The notes: generated by a model from the sequence alone, not told the origin. A stretch of 54,711 nt of DNA from Anaerolinea sp. (GCA_014879765.1 JACSRL010000495.1:1-54711); one strand, 5' to 3'. Numbered from the stretch's first letter, positions 1 to 8,797 are shown. Numbers and translations are program-made.

Positions 1-109
1 GCGTCCAGTTCCTGCGCAGGTGGACGAAGAACTGGAGGGTATGTTCCGTGCGGATCGCCTCGGTGCTGATCCTTGGCCAGTGCTTGGGCAGCGCCAGGTG
101 GTTGGTCAT
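1..109 (-). CDS. hypothetical protein, N-terminal 36 codons only (gene continues past the left edge)
   Basis: ATG at 109-107 overlaps the TGA (108-106) of the upstream gene as ATGA. The frame stays open to base 1 (MTNHLALPKHWPRISTEAIRTEHTLQFFVHLRRNW...). No motif recognised. Confidence 0.4.
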   Translation of the reverse strand, partial: MTNHLALPKHWPRISTEAIRTEHTLQFFVHLRRNWT

Positions 110-930
110 GGGGAGATTGCCGCCAAGCGCAACAGGTCATAGGGGAGACCAGCGCGGTAGCAGTTGAGGAGGACGACGAACTTCTTGGGAGACCAGGCAG
201 CTTCGATGGGGATCACATCGTGGTAGCGGTTTCCTGGCACAACGCCGCGCCAGCAGACGGCCGTTTCATAGTCGATGGTAGCCAGGAGGTGCCAATCGAC
301 CGCGCGTTTTCCGCCGCCTGGATTGCCGTAGGCGCCATTCAGCCGTTGGCCGCTGACGTCGATCTTCCAGTCATGGCCACCGAAGACCAGGCGGAAGTCA
401 TGGTCGCACGGCTCAGTGTAGCTGTGGCTGTTGGCGGGTGCGCGGTAGAAGTCGGGCCAGTTTCTGCGGAAGTAGTCCTGGATGGTTGGTTCGATGATGG
501 TTGACCGTGCTCTTGCTTCTGCCACTCGATCGGCGGATGTGGCGTGTTTCTGCACCATGTGCGGCGCGCGCAACAGCATCTCTTTCACTGCGTCCGAGCC
601 GACGCGCGGCGTCATGACGATCTCGTCCTCCCACGGTGAGTTGACCAGGGAGGGGATGAACCACCACTGTTTGGCAGCCAGGCAATGGGGCGCGCCCAGG
701 TAGAAGCAGCCAAAGCGGCGTCTCGCCAGCATCTTCTCGCGCACGTCTTCGATCTGGCGGGGCCAATCGTAGCTCTGCTGTGCGTCTGGCTGGACGCCGA
801 GTCGGGCGAGGGCAGCGACAACCAACTGCCGGTGGCCAAGGCCGAAGCGAACTGGGACCAGCGCTTGCTCGAGCTCAAAGCTGATGCTCTCGAACAGGTC
901 GCCCATCGGCGTGTAGACCTTACCGGCCAT
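106..930 (-). CDS. hypothetical protein (274 aa), possible PD-(D/E)xK-like nuclease motif
   Basis: ORF track 106..1065 trimmed to ATG 930 (MAGKVYTPMGDL...), which overlaps the stop of the upstream methyltransferase gene by 11 nt. Contains EPCDHDFRLVFGGHDWKIDVSG (D ... DxK spacing). Function not established. Confidence 0.6.
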   Translation of the reverse strand: MAGKVYTPMGDLFESISFELEQALVPVRFGLGHRQLVVAALARLGVQPDAQQSYDWPRQIEDVREKMLARRRFGCFYLGAPHCLAAKQWWFIPSLVNSPWEDEIVMTPRVGSDAVKEMLLRAPHMVQKHATSADRVAEARARSTIIEPTIQDYFRRNWPDFYRAPANSHSYTEPCDHDFRLVFGGHDWKIDVSGQRLNGAYGNPGGGKRAVDWHLLATIDYETAVCWRGVVPGNRYHDVIPIEAAWSPKKFVVLLNCYRAGLPYDLLRLAAISP

Positions 931-2362
931 TGCGCGCCTCCTGGATGCGCTGGCGGGCTGTTTCAACGATGGTCGGATCGATGTCGGCGCCGATGAACTC
1001 ATGGCCCAACGAAACGGCCACAACCCCTGTGGTGCCGCCGCCGAGGAAGGGATCGAGGATGACATCGCCTTGGTTGGCGACGCGGTCGAACAGGTCGGCC
1101 ATGCCGCTTTCGGACTGGCCCCAGTGGTGGAACCGTTTGTCGTTGTCGTTGACGTTGCTTCTGGCCACGTCGCCCAGCCACTTGCCGTTGTACTCGCCTT
1201 TGACGTACCACAACACCGGTTTCCAGAAAGTGTTGACGTTGCGCTGCCAGAGTTGCACGGCCTGGCCGCCCGGCGTCAGATAGCACAAGGTCCAGTGATA
1301 GCGCATGTGCGGCGCCATCAACTCCATGATCTCCCCCAGGTACGACTGGCCAACCATGACCACCAGCGAACCGCCCGGCTTGAGGGCGTGCGCAGCGAGT
1401 TTGGCGAGATCTTCGTAGACCGGCAGGAACTCACGCTCGTAGGGCGGATCGGTCAGGATCACGTCGATGCTGTTGGGTTCCAGGATGTCGAGCAACTGCG
1501 CGACGCTGGCCGTGTGGAAGGTGAGCTTGATCATGTTGGCATAGTCCTTTTGCAGGTGCTGGATCAGCTTCTCGAAAGCCTCCGATGGCATCGTTTCCTT
1601 GTCGAACGCGCCCTTGTCGATCCTTTCATAGGCTCGTTGGAGGTACTCATCTGGCAAGTCCTTCAGCCGGCGTGCGGCCTCGGTCCGCCAGCCGTTGCGC
1701 GCCTTGGCTTTCTCGGCTGCGGCCTTGAACTGGGTTTTGTCCATCTTGCCGGCGGCCAGGCTCTTGACCAGCCAGAGCTGCTGCTCAGCGGTGAGACAGG
1801 TGATTGAGCGGAGGAGACCCTCGGTGAATGACACAACTGTGTCACGTGCTGACACAGGGCCATCAGGCTCGGTTGACACAAATGCCGCCTTAGTTGTGTC
1901 AACCACAATCCTCCAAGCATCCGCGCATATGCCACGCAACGCCAGATAGTTGTTGACACCGCTGCGGCTCCACCGCATGATTTCGGCGATCTCAGCTTGT
2001 GTCTTGCCCAGGCCGGCCAGGCTCCAGATGAACTCGGCGTTGTCGGTCCAGTCCTGGGGCACCACAGCGTCATGGCCGGCGTTGCTCTCGTAGGCGATGC
2101 GGTACTCGTCGTTGGGCGTCAGGTCTTCGTAGACTTGGGCCGGTATCCTGGCGATCTCCAATCGGCGCGCGGCTTCCACCCGGTGGTTGCCGTCGAGCAA
2201 CTTGAAGCCGTCCGCTGCCGGCGCAACGGCAATGGGGTAACGATCCAGATAGCCGCGTTCTTGCAGGCTGCGCATCATGCGCTGCACGCCCAGCTCGTTC
2301 GTCTTTCGGATCTGGATTGCTGCGGTGATCAGTCCAATGTCAATGGATGTCAGGGTGCTCAT
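920..2362 (-). CDS. ParB-like N-terminal domain fused to a beta-class DNA amino-methyltransferase
   Basis: ORF 920..2650 trimmed to ATG 2362, preceded by AGGAG. ParB/Srx-like block KLLDGNHRVEAARRLEIARIPAQVY. Motif IV ILTDPPYEREF lies upstream of the AdoMet motif VILDPFLGGGTTGVVA (order IV then I). Confidence 0.85.
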   Translation of the reverse strand: MSTLTSIDIGLITAAIQIRKTNELGVQRMMRSLQERGYLDRYPIAVAPAADGFKLLDGNHRVEAARRLEIARIPAQVYEDLTPNDEYRIAYESNAGHDAVVPQDWTDNAEFIWSLAGLGKTQAEIAEIMRWSRSGVNNYLALRGICADAWRIVVDTTKAAFVSTEPDGPVSARDTVVSFTEGLLRSITCLTAEQQLWLVKSLAAGKMDKTQFKAAAEKAKARNGWRTEAARRLKDLPDEYLQRAYERIDKGAFDKETMPSEAFEKLIQHLQKDYANMIKLTFHTASVAQLLDILEPNSIDVILTDPPYEREFLPVYEDLAKLAAHALKPGGSLVVMVGQSYLGEIMELMAPHMRYHWTLCYLTPGGQAVQLWQRNVNTFWKPVLWYVKGEYNGKWLGDVARSNVNDNDKRFHHWGQSESGMADLFDRVANQGDVILDPFLGGGTTGVVAVSLGHEFIGADIDPTIVETARQRIQEARNGR

Positions 2363-2441
2363 GCGGGGGGTCTCCTGAAGCACAGAGCTGGCGAAGAAGA
2401 GGTATGGAGCCCCACGCCAGCTCTGTGCTTTTGGTTTGAGT

Positions 2442-2786
2442 TTACAGCCATTCAGGAACCAAACTACGCCGTTCCTGTTCTCCGACAATGCGCAGTTGCG
2501 GGTTGGCCGGGCGACCGAACAGCCGGTGCAGCACCGCGCCGTCCACATGGGCCAGTGGAGCAACGATGAGCAGCGCGTACACGACTGCCAGGAAGAGCTG
2601 ATCAGGCGCAGTCCGGCCGGTGACCAGGTAGCCGCCGACCATGTAGCCAAGCGCCACGGTGAGCGCGAGCCAGGTGGGCTTCACCCCGCCAGCCGCGTAA
2701 CTGAGGACATTGACCGCGGCCACCACCGCTGCGGCCGCCACGGCGGGATTGAGCAGCAGCTCGTCGAGGCTAGGGAAGGTCTGCAT
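2442..2786 (-). CDS. small hydrophobic membrane protein (114 aa), phage-associated, function unknown
   Basis: ATG 2786 preceded by GAGGAGG. Three predicted hydrophobic stretches (AVAAAAVVAAVNVL, WLALTVALGYMVGGYLV, LFLAVVYALLIVAPL). Overlaps the stop of the upstream ORF. Confidence 0.55.
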   Translation of the reverse strand: MQTFPSLDELLLNPAVAAAAVVAAVNVLSYAAGGVKPTWLALTVALGYMVGGYLVTGRTAPDQLFLAVVYALLIVAPLAHVDGAVLHRLFGRPANPQLRIVGEQERRSLVPEWL

Positions 2787-3108
2787 CCGCAACCTCCTCA
2801 TCGTACAGCACGGCACCAATTTCCTCAATCAGGGTCTGCACGGCCTTGACCTTGCTCTCCCGATGCTCTTCGAGTATGTCGGCGATGGCGGTGAGTTGCG
2901 CAGCCATCACATCAGCACTGTTCACGTTGGTTTTCTGCTTGCGCTGGCCTGCGGCGATCTCGATCATGTCCAGGATGGGGGCCAGCCGGCTGAAGTTCTC
3001 CACGCCCAGCATGTCGCGGTGGGGGTAGCTCAGGTCGTCCCTGTTATCCAGGCCCAGCGCGCGGGCGATGGCGTCCATGTATTCGCTGCGGGTTTCGTAT
3101 TGCTTCAT
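2770..3108 (-). CDS. hypothetical protein (112 aa)
   Basis: ATG 3108 preceded by AAGGAGG. Acidic soluble protein with no recognised motif. Confidence 0.6.
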   Translation of the reverse strand: MKQYETRSEYMDAIARALGLDNRDDLSYPHRDMLGVENFSRLAPILDMIEIAAGQRKQKTNVNSADVMAAQLTAIADILEEHRESKVKAVQTLIEEIGAVLYDEEVADADLP

Positions 3109-3212
3109 CTATACCTCCTTGGAGTGATGGTGGTCCGGAACCGGGTTCCGAAGTCCAGGGCAAGCTCTTCGGAACTGGTTTCGACAAGCTCAACCTAAAG
3201 GTTCCGCGTTGG

Positions 3213-4295
3213 CTAGGCCAGCTCCAGCTGAAGCAGCCCAGTCCAGTCCTTCTGCTTGATCAGGCCCACCGCCTGCCTGGCCCACGGCTGATCGACGCCG
3301 GCCAGCGCGGCGGTGACGGTGGTGGAGCCGCTCATGTCGATGTCCATGGCCTCCAGCCTGGCCCGCAGCCGGCGCGCGGCCTGGGCCTGGGGATCGACTG
3401 GGGCTGTGCCGTTGCCGCCTCCACCACCTGTCCCATTGCCACCGGCTGTTCCATTGCCGCTGCTGCCCGTGCCGCTGCCGCCACCCGCTGGGTCGTGGCC
3501 CTGGCCCGACGGATCGGTAGGCGGCGGTTCCGGCGCCGGCTGGCCCTTCAGCCAGGCCGCAAGGATCTCGGCCACGTCGGCGCCAGGGCGAGGGAACACC
3601 TTGCCAGTCAAGGCCGGGCAGCGGGTCTTGGTCACGATGGCGTTGTTGTCGATGTCCATGTCGATGAAGACATCAAACTCGTACTCGAAGCCATCGCGCT
3701 GGATGGGCGCCATGCCCTGCTTGACGACCTTGGTGCGCTTGCGGCCATCCTCGATCACCTCGTCCATGGCGTAGCTGGTCTTGGAGCGCATGGTGGCGAT
3801 GACATGCAGGTCGCTGCGTAGGATGGCCTGCACCAGCCGGTTCTGCAGCTCGCCGGCCGGCCCCCAGGCGGTGTAGTCGTTGTACTCCCGGCGCTTGGCC
3901 AGCTGCTCCTTGATCTCCAGCACGCCGCCCGGTCCGCTCCAGGCGTGGGAGAGGCTGTCCAGGATGAGCACCTGGTAGCCGACGGCCTGCGCGGCGCGGA
4001 TGGCCTCAACGAAGCGGTCGGGGTGGAAGGGGGCGTCCAGGTTGAGGACGTCGAAGTCGAACAGGTCGGCGTACTTGGATGCGCTGCCGTGCTCGGTGTC
4101 CACCAGGGCGATGCGGCCGCCCAGGGCGGTGGCGATGGCCAGGGACGTGAAGGTCTTGCCCGAGCCGCTGGGACCGGCAATGGCAAGCCTCAGCATGGCC
4201 TCAAACTTCACTGCTCGTTGGAACATAGGGCGCACTCCTGCGGGCGTGACCGCCGCGCGGTTGGGTGTGGCCGTAGGGGCGGGGTAGGTTGGCAT
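3213..4295 (-). CDS. AAA_24/Sak4-like RecA-fold ATPase with Gly-rich tail
   Basis: ORF 3213..4385 trimmed to ATG 4295, preceded by GGAG. Walker A IAGPSGSGKTF and Walker B-like YQVLILDSLSH. Low-complexity GGGSGTGSSGNGTAGGNGTGGGGGNG segment. This architecture is typical of phage single-strand annealing helper ATPases. Confidence 0.75.
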   Translation of the reverse strand: MPTYPAPTATPNRAAVTPAGVRPMFQRAVKFEAMLRLAIAGPSGSGKTFTSLAIATALGGRIALVDTEHGSASKYADLFDFDVLNLDAPFHPDRFVEAIRAAQAVGYQVLILDSLSHAWSGPGGVLEIKEQLAKRREYNDYTAWGPAGELQNRLVQAILRSDLHVIATMRSKTSYAMDEVIEDGRKRTKVVKQGMAPIQRDGFEYEFDVFIDMDIDNNAIVTKTRCPALTGKVFPRPGADVAEILAAWLKGQPAPEPPPTDPSGQGHDPAGGGSGTGSSGNGTAGGNGTGGGGGNGTAPVDPQAQAARRLRARLEAMDIDMSGSTTVTAALAGVDQPWARQAVGLIKQKDWTGLLQLELA

Positions 4296-4323
4296 GGGTG
4301 TTTGTCTCCTTTCGATTATATTC

Positions 4324-4337
4324 AGAACGCATGTTCT
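4324..4337. promoter_or_regulatory. AGAAC-N4-GTTCT palindrome in a divergent promoter region (Cheo/LexA-box-like)
   Basis: AGAACGCATGTTCT lies in the 121-nt gap between the divergent ATPase (start 4295) and HNH/terminase genes. A TGTATAAT element follows at about 4358-4365. Confidence 0.3.
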
Positions 4338-4416
4338 TTCCAAATTTGAAAGCATCGTGTATAATGATGGCGTGTTTGAGGACACTTATGCTTACAACTG
4401 CAACATTTGTTCCACT

Positions 4417-4644
4417 ATGGTTCAACAGCGCGCCGCAGCCTTGGCCGACTTCTCGCCCGATGGCGGCCTGCCCGAACACGTGCATCACATCGATCGGCGC
4501 GGCATGGGCGGCCGCAGCCAGAACAGCCTGGCGGGTTTGCGCACTATGGGCGTGTCGGCCCAGCTGCACGCGCGCATCCATACCGAGGGCGACCACGTGC
4601 TGGACGAGTTGCCGCAGCGGCATACGCTGGAAGACCTGTGGTAG
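4417..4644 (+). CDS. small HNH-like endonuclease (75 aa), degenerate zinc ligands
   Basis: ORF 4294..4644 trimmed to ATG 4417. Contains EHVHHIDRRGMGGRSQNSLAGLRTMGVSAQLHARIH, resembling the H-H..GG..N..H pattern of phage HNH proteins. Sits immediately upstream of the large terminase, a common phage pairing. Confidence 0.5.
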   Translation: MVQQRAAALADFSPDGGLPEHVHHIDRRGMGGRSQNSLAGLRTMGVSAQLHARIHTEGDHVLDELPQRHTLEDLW

Positions 4645-4696
4645 CCCTGCGGCGTAGCCGCTACGTTGAGGCCCAGCGTGGCCAGAGAGAGGTTCG

Positions 4697-7600
4697 ATGC
4701 CAGGGAAACGAAGCAAGAACACCGGCTACATCGACCTGACGCGCGACGAATGGAACATCGTTACGGCGCAGAAGGTGGTGGAAGGCTTTTGGTTTCGCGA
4801 CCCTAAGGGCTGGTGGCAGGGGCCGGACGGCGTTGGGCCGCACCCGACGCTGGGCGTCGAAGTGCCTTACCTGTACTATCCGGGTATCCGGGACGCGATG
4901 ATCGCTGCGGGCGTGGACGAACCGTACCTCCCTGCGGGAGACTGGCTGCTCGCCGAGTACGTCCACGAGAGCCAGATGCCGCGCTGCACGCCCACCGCGA
5001 TCAACGGCTTCATCGAGCTGTATCTGGGTGCGCATAGCACGCTGTTCGGGCATCAGCTGGCGATGTACTACAGCCCCCAGCGCTACAACATCGTGGTCGG
5101 CGGAAGGGCGGCGGGGAAATGTAAATTGGGGTCCACCCTGGTAACGTTGGCCGATGGTTCCAGGAAGAAGATCAAGGACATCGAGCCTGGTGAGCGCGTC
5201 GCCTCGCTCGATCTGGACACGCTCAAGATGCGGACAGCGCGTGTCGCCCATGTGCTGCCGCAGCCCGAGAAGCCGCTGAACCGCATCACCACCCGGTCCG
5301 GCCGACGACTGACTGTGTCGTTCGATGATCCCATCCTGACGCCCTTCGGCTGGCGCAAGGCATGCGATCTGAAGCCGGGTGACAAGGTGGCGCACCCCAT
5401 CAGGCTAGAGCGCGAGCAGGTATCACAGACGCTGCCGGACCATGTGGCAGTCATTCTCGGCCTGCTCATTTCGGAGGGTGGTCTCAAGCAAAATCGATGC
5501 CAGTTCACCAACACAAGCGAGCAGCTCGTTGCTGATCTGCGGAAGGCATTGCATGAGATGGACCCGGATTTTGAGTTGAGACAGACCAAGAGCAACGCGA
5601 TCGACTACAGAATTGTTGACAATAGGCCGGGCAATCGCAGCCGTTTCTTGTCCTGGTTGCGCGAGATAGGGCTACTTGGGTGCAGCTCATACACCATGTT
5701 CGTGCCCGAAGAGGTGTTTCGGCAGCCAGATGCATGGATAGCCAGGTTCCTAGGCTACCTCTTCGCCGGGGATGGCTGCGCATATCTCAAGAAGAACGGA
5801 TGCCCAATAGCTCAGGGCAACATCAGCTATGCCTCGGCCAGTGAACGGCTCATCCGAGATGTTCAGGATCTGCTGCTCACTATCGGCATTCACAGTGCAT
5901 TGCGCCCAAAACCGGTGAAGTTCCACGGCAGGATATTCAACACCTGGGAGCTTGAGATCCCCTATGCCGACGACAGGCGGCGCTTCGCCAAGCTGATCCC
6001 GGTGCCGACCAAGCAGAAGGCGTTCGAGGTTGCAGGATACCAGTCAGGTGAAACCAACGGCAGCGACGATGTGGTGCCGCTCGAACTGATCCGCGACCAC
6101 TGCTACAATCGTGCACGTGCGATCGGCAAGCCCTTCGGCAAGCGCGTTGGCGATGAAAGGCCCTACAGCAACTTGCGGCCTCGATACAACCCCACCCGGC
6201 CCAAGCTGCGTCGGCTGGCCGAGTTCCTGGACGATGATCCGTTGCTGCTCAAGTATGCCGACTCCGATGTCTACTGGGGCACGGTGGTGTCCAACGAACA
6301 GCTTCCGCCAGAGCCGCTCTGGGACCTCACTGTCGAGAATGACCACAACTTCGTGGCCGATGGCATCGTGGTGCACAACACCGTCCCCCTGGCTATCGTC
6401 ATGCTCATCTGGACGGCGCTGCATCCTGGGGAACCGTGGTTGCACGTAGCCCTCTCCCTCGACCAGGCCAAGAAGGCGTACCAGGCCGCTCTGGACCTGG
6501 CCGGCCGCAAGCACTACAGGCACGACGGAACGCTGACGCCGCGCGCCTTCGCCGAGGTGTTCATCCAGGATCGCCGTGAGTTTCCGCAGCCCGACATCTA
6601 CTTTAAGCCCTGGGACGAGCACGACGGCGGTGAGGTGGCCGGCAAGCAGATGGCCGGCAATGTGATCATGTTCCGGCCGCTGGGCGACGAGGACCTGGAG
6701 CGGCTGCGCTCCACCGAGGCGGCCAACGCTTCCGGCGACGAGGTGCTGCGCGAGATCGCCGACGAGAAGACCATCCGCCATGTGCGTGGATGCTTACGCG
6801 GTCTCAACCCCTGGCTGCTGGCGCACCTGCCCAACAACCGGCGCCAGCGCATCGGCCAGTTGCAGCAGCTGATCGGCGTCGCCAATGTCAAGAACGACAA
6901 GGCTGCCATTGCGGCCTGCGAGGCTGAGTTGGCCAACATGGGCGTGGCGCGCGCCAAACGTTTCTTTGGCGTGGGCAATGCTGGCGAGCCGGAATGGGTG
7001 TGGGAAGTGATGGACCTGACTGAAGATGACCCGCATTACGGTTGGTTCATTCAGGTCACGCCTTACGACAACATCCGCCTCTCGCCCGAAGACCGGCAAG
7101 CCCTGGAGGAAGCCTGGGGCACCGACCCTGAGACGCGACAAGTCGAGTTGCTGGGACGCCGGCCGCTGGGGCTGGGCAACGAGATCGACCCGGATCTCCT
7201 GACCAGCGCGGTGCGCCACGACCTGGGCGGGCAGGTGGTGCAGGAGCACCGGGCCTACGGCGCGGTCCACTACGCCAAGCCGCCTGCGCCCGGCCACTAC
7301 CACATTATCGCGGGTGACCCGGGCAAGGGACGGCTGCCCAACCGCAACGCCTGGTGCGTGATGGCCCTGGACATCACTGCTAGCCCGGCCGAGATTGTCT
7401 TTTTTCAGATGGGCAACCTGGGCGCGCGGTCGAAAACCTACAAGCCCTACCTGGACGCCTACCGCCACGCGGTCAAGACCTACCCGGTGGTGTCGCCGGC
7501 CGATGTGATCTACGACAACGGCGGCCAGCAATCGGGCATGCACGAAGTCATCCTGGAAGAGTTGAGGCAGGACGCGGGCGGCGAGGCGATCTACGGCAGC

Positions 7601-7933
7601 CCCTACGACATGAGCAACAGCATGAAGTACACCGCGGCCAACTGGCTGATCGATCTTTTGCGCAAGGGCGCGCTGGTGATGCCGGAGCTGCGCATCCTCG
7701 TGCGCCAGGTGTCCAACTGGACCTTACCCGACAAGAAACTGGCCCAGGACGCGGCCATGGCGCTGTTCATGATTGTGCGCCGCGCCTACAACATCATCTC
7801 CGATCGCGGCATGGGCTATGGCGTGGAGCAGCAGACGCCGGAGTACCCCATGGACGGCGATGGGCATGCGGCCTGGGATTACCCTGAAGACATCCAGGTG
7901 CTGCACGACATCGAGGAGGTATCCTATGCGTAA
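4697..7933 (+). CDS. terL: phage terminase large subunit interrupted by an intein (1078 aa precursor, 658 aa after splicing)
   Basis: Walker A is split as GGRAAGK / TVPL by the insert. The C-terminal half has terminase-nuclease-like length. The HNH neighbour supports the call. Confidence 0.8.
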   Translation: MPGKRSKNTGYIDLTRDEWNIVTAQKVVEGFWFRDPKGWWQGPDGVGPHPTLGVEVPYLYYPGIRDAMIAAGVDEPYLPAGDWLLAEYVHESQMPRCTPTAINGFIELYLGAHSTLFGHQLAMYYSPQRYNIVVGGRAAGKCKLGSTLVTLADGSRKKIKDIEPGERVASLDLDTLKMRTARVAHVLPQPEKPLNRITTRSGRRLTVSFDDPILTPFGWRKACDLKPGDKVAHPIRLEREQVSQTLPDHVAVILGLLISEGGLKQNRCQFTNTSEQLVADLRKALHEMDPDFELRQTKSNAIDYRIVDNRPGNRSRFLSWLREIGLLGCSSYTMFVPEEVFRQPDAWIARFLGYLFAGDGCAYLKKNGCPIAQGNISYASASERLIRDVQDLLLTIGIHSALRPKPVKFHGRIFNTWELEIPYADDRRRFAKLIPVPTKQKAFEVAGYQSGETNGSDDVVPLELIRDHCYNRARAIGKPFGKRVGDERPYSNLRPRYNPTRPKLRRLAEFLDDDPLLLKYADSDVYWGTVVSNEQLPPEPLWDLTVENDHNFVADGIVVHNTVPLAIVMLIWTALHPGEPWLHVALSLDQAKKAYQAALDLAGRKHYRHDGTLTPRAFAEVFIQDRREFPQPDIYFKPWDEHDGGEVAGKQMAGNVIMFRPLGDEDLERLRSTEAANASGDEVLREIADEKTIRHVRGCLRGLNPWLLAHLPNNRRQRIGQLQQLIGVANVKNDKAAIAACEAELANMGVARAKRFFGVGNAGEPEWVWEVMDLTEDDPHYGWFIQVTPYDNIRLSPEDRQALEEAWGTDPETRQVELLGRRPLGLGNEIDPDLLTSAVRHDLGGQVVQEHRAYGAVHYAKPPAPGHYHIIAGDPGKGRLPNRNAWCVMALDITASPAEIVFFQMGNLGARSKTYKPYLDAYRHAVKTYPVVSPADVIYDNGGQQSGMHEVILEELRQDAGGEAIYGSPYDMSNSMKYTAANWLIDLLRKGALVMPELRILVRQVSNWTLPDKKLAQDAAMALFMIVRRAYNIISDRGMGYGVEQQTPEYPMDGDGHAAWDYPEDIQVLHDIEEVSYA
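5120..6379 (+). mobile_element. intein with LAGLIDADG homing-endonuclease domain (420 aa) inside the terminase P-loop
   Basis: Starts with Cys (CKLGSTLVTLADG). Ends VVHN and is followed by Thr(+1). Two LAGLIDADG-type motifs (VILGLLISEGG and FLGYLFAGDGCAY). Removing it recreates GRAAGKT. Confidence 0.85.
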
Positions 7934-8228
7934 CTTATTGGCACTTGCGCATGCACGCAGTGCAGGTGTCACCCTTCCCGACCGGCTGAGGCTGGCCTGG
8001 CGCGCGCTGCGCAGCTGGTGGCACGCGGCTATCCTGCGTTGGATCGACCGCTACCTCCAGCGACACGACCAGGAGCGCGCCTACACCTTGCTCGACTTCG
8101 AGGAGATGGATGTGCTCTATGACGAGGTCCACATCTCGGTGCTCTTCGACGAGGCGGGCGGTTGGGCTGGAAATCCGTGGCCCGAGCGGGCCGAAACCGT
8201 TGACTATGGATTTATGCAGGTGCTATGA
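7926..8228 (+). CDS. hypothetical protein (100 aa)
   Basis: ORF 7773..8228 trimmed to ATG 7926, preceded by GGAGG and overlapping the terminase stop (MRNLLALAHARSAG...). Confidence 0.5.
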   Translation: MRNLLALAHARSAGVTLPDRLRLAWRALRSWWHAAILRWIDRYLQRHDQERAYTLLDFEEMDVLYDEVHISVLFDEAGGWAGNPWPERAETVDYGFMQVL

Positions 8229-8401
8229 TGGAAATTAAGCCCACGATAGTCGAGGTGCCGCTGAGCCCGGTAATGGCCGAGCAGCTCAGACGGCTCCTCC
8301 ACAAGGCCACACGCGCCGGCTACGGCCAGATCGAGATCACCGTCAACCCCAGAGGCGTGAGGATCGTTGATACGACCGAATACCGGTTCGAGTGGAAGTA
8401 G
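8225..8401 (+). CDS. small protein (58 aa), YezD/DUF2292-like
   Basis: Not in the ORF track (under 60 aa). ATG 8225 overlaps the previous TGA as ATGA. Sequence is MMEIKPTIVEVPLSPVMAEQLRRLLHKATRAGYGQIEITVNPRGVRIVDTTEYRFEWK. The YGQIEITV..G.V.IVDTTE part resembles DUF2292. Confidence 0.4.
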   Translation: MMEIKPTIVEVPLSPVMAEQLRRLLHKATRAGYGQIEITVNPRGVRIVDTTEYRFEWK

Positions 8402-8417
8402 CGACAGCTCACCCGAC

Positions 8418-8467
8418 AAAAAGAAGCGGGATGCTGGACTGGAAGGTCAGCATCCCGCTTCTTTTTG
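8418..8467 (+). terminator. bidirectional rho-independent terminator
   Basis: AAAAAGAAGCGGGATGCTG, an 11-nt loop, then CAGCATCCCGCTTCTTTTT. This is a perfect 19-bp stem with an A-run before and a T-run after, 17 nt past the stop at 8401. Confidence 0.75.
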
Positions 8468-8557
8468 TTCCCCATGGCTCGTACACCCTTTGCCCTGCGC
8501 CATTGTCCCGCCGCCGAGCAATGCGGGCTTGGCGCGCCAACCTCAGTGTGGTGACCT

Positions 8558-8797
8558 ATGAACCGAATTGACGCCGGATATCGCAGCCTGATCTGCGCCA
8601 TCATCATTCGAGCGGTGCGCGATGTTCAAGAAGGGCGTGATGCTGATGAGGCGCGAGCGTTCCTTGTGTCGCCCGAGTGCAGGCGGTTGGCTCTGCTGGC
8701 CAACATCCGCTGGACGGTGGATGAGGGAGACATCGATCAAGCAGTCCAACGTTTGGGAAAGCGACGTACACGATTGCCGAGAAAGAGAACTCCGTGA
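8558..8797 (+). CDS. hypothetical small protein (79 aa)
   Basis: ATG ORF (MNRIDAGYRSLICAIIIRAVRDVQEGRDADEARAFLVSPE...). No clear RBS, so coding status is uncertain. Confidence 0.35.
   Translation: MNRIDAGYRSLICAIIIRAVRDVQEGRDADEARAFLVSPECRRLALLANIRWTVDEGDIDQAVQRLGKRRTRLPRKRTP

Noticed and set aside
4294-4416. Upstream part of ORF 4294..4644 (MGVCLLSIIFRTHVLSKFESIVYNDG...)
   Set aside because: This stretch is the AT-richer divergent promoter region containing the palindrome and -10-like element. The HNH-like sequence begins only after ATG 4417.
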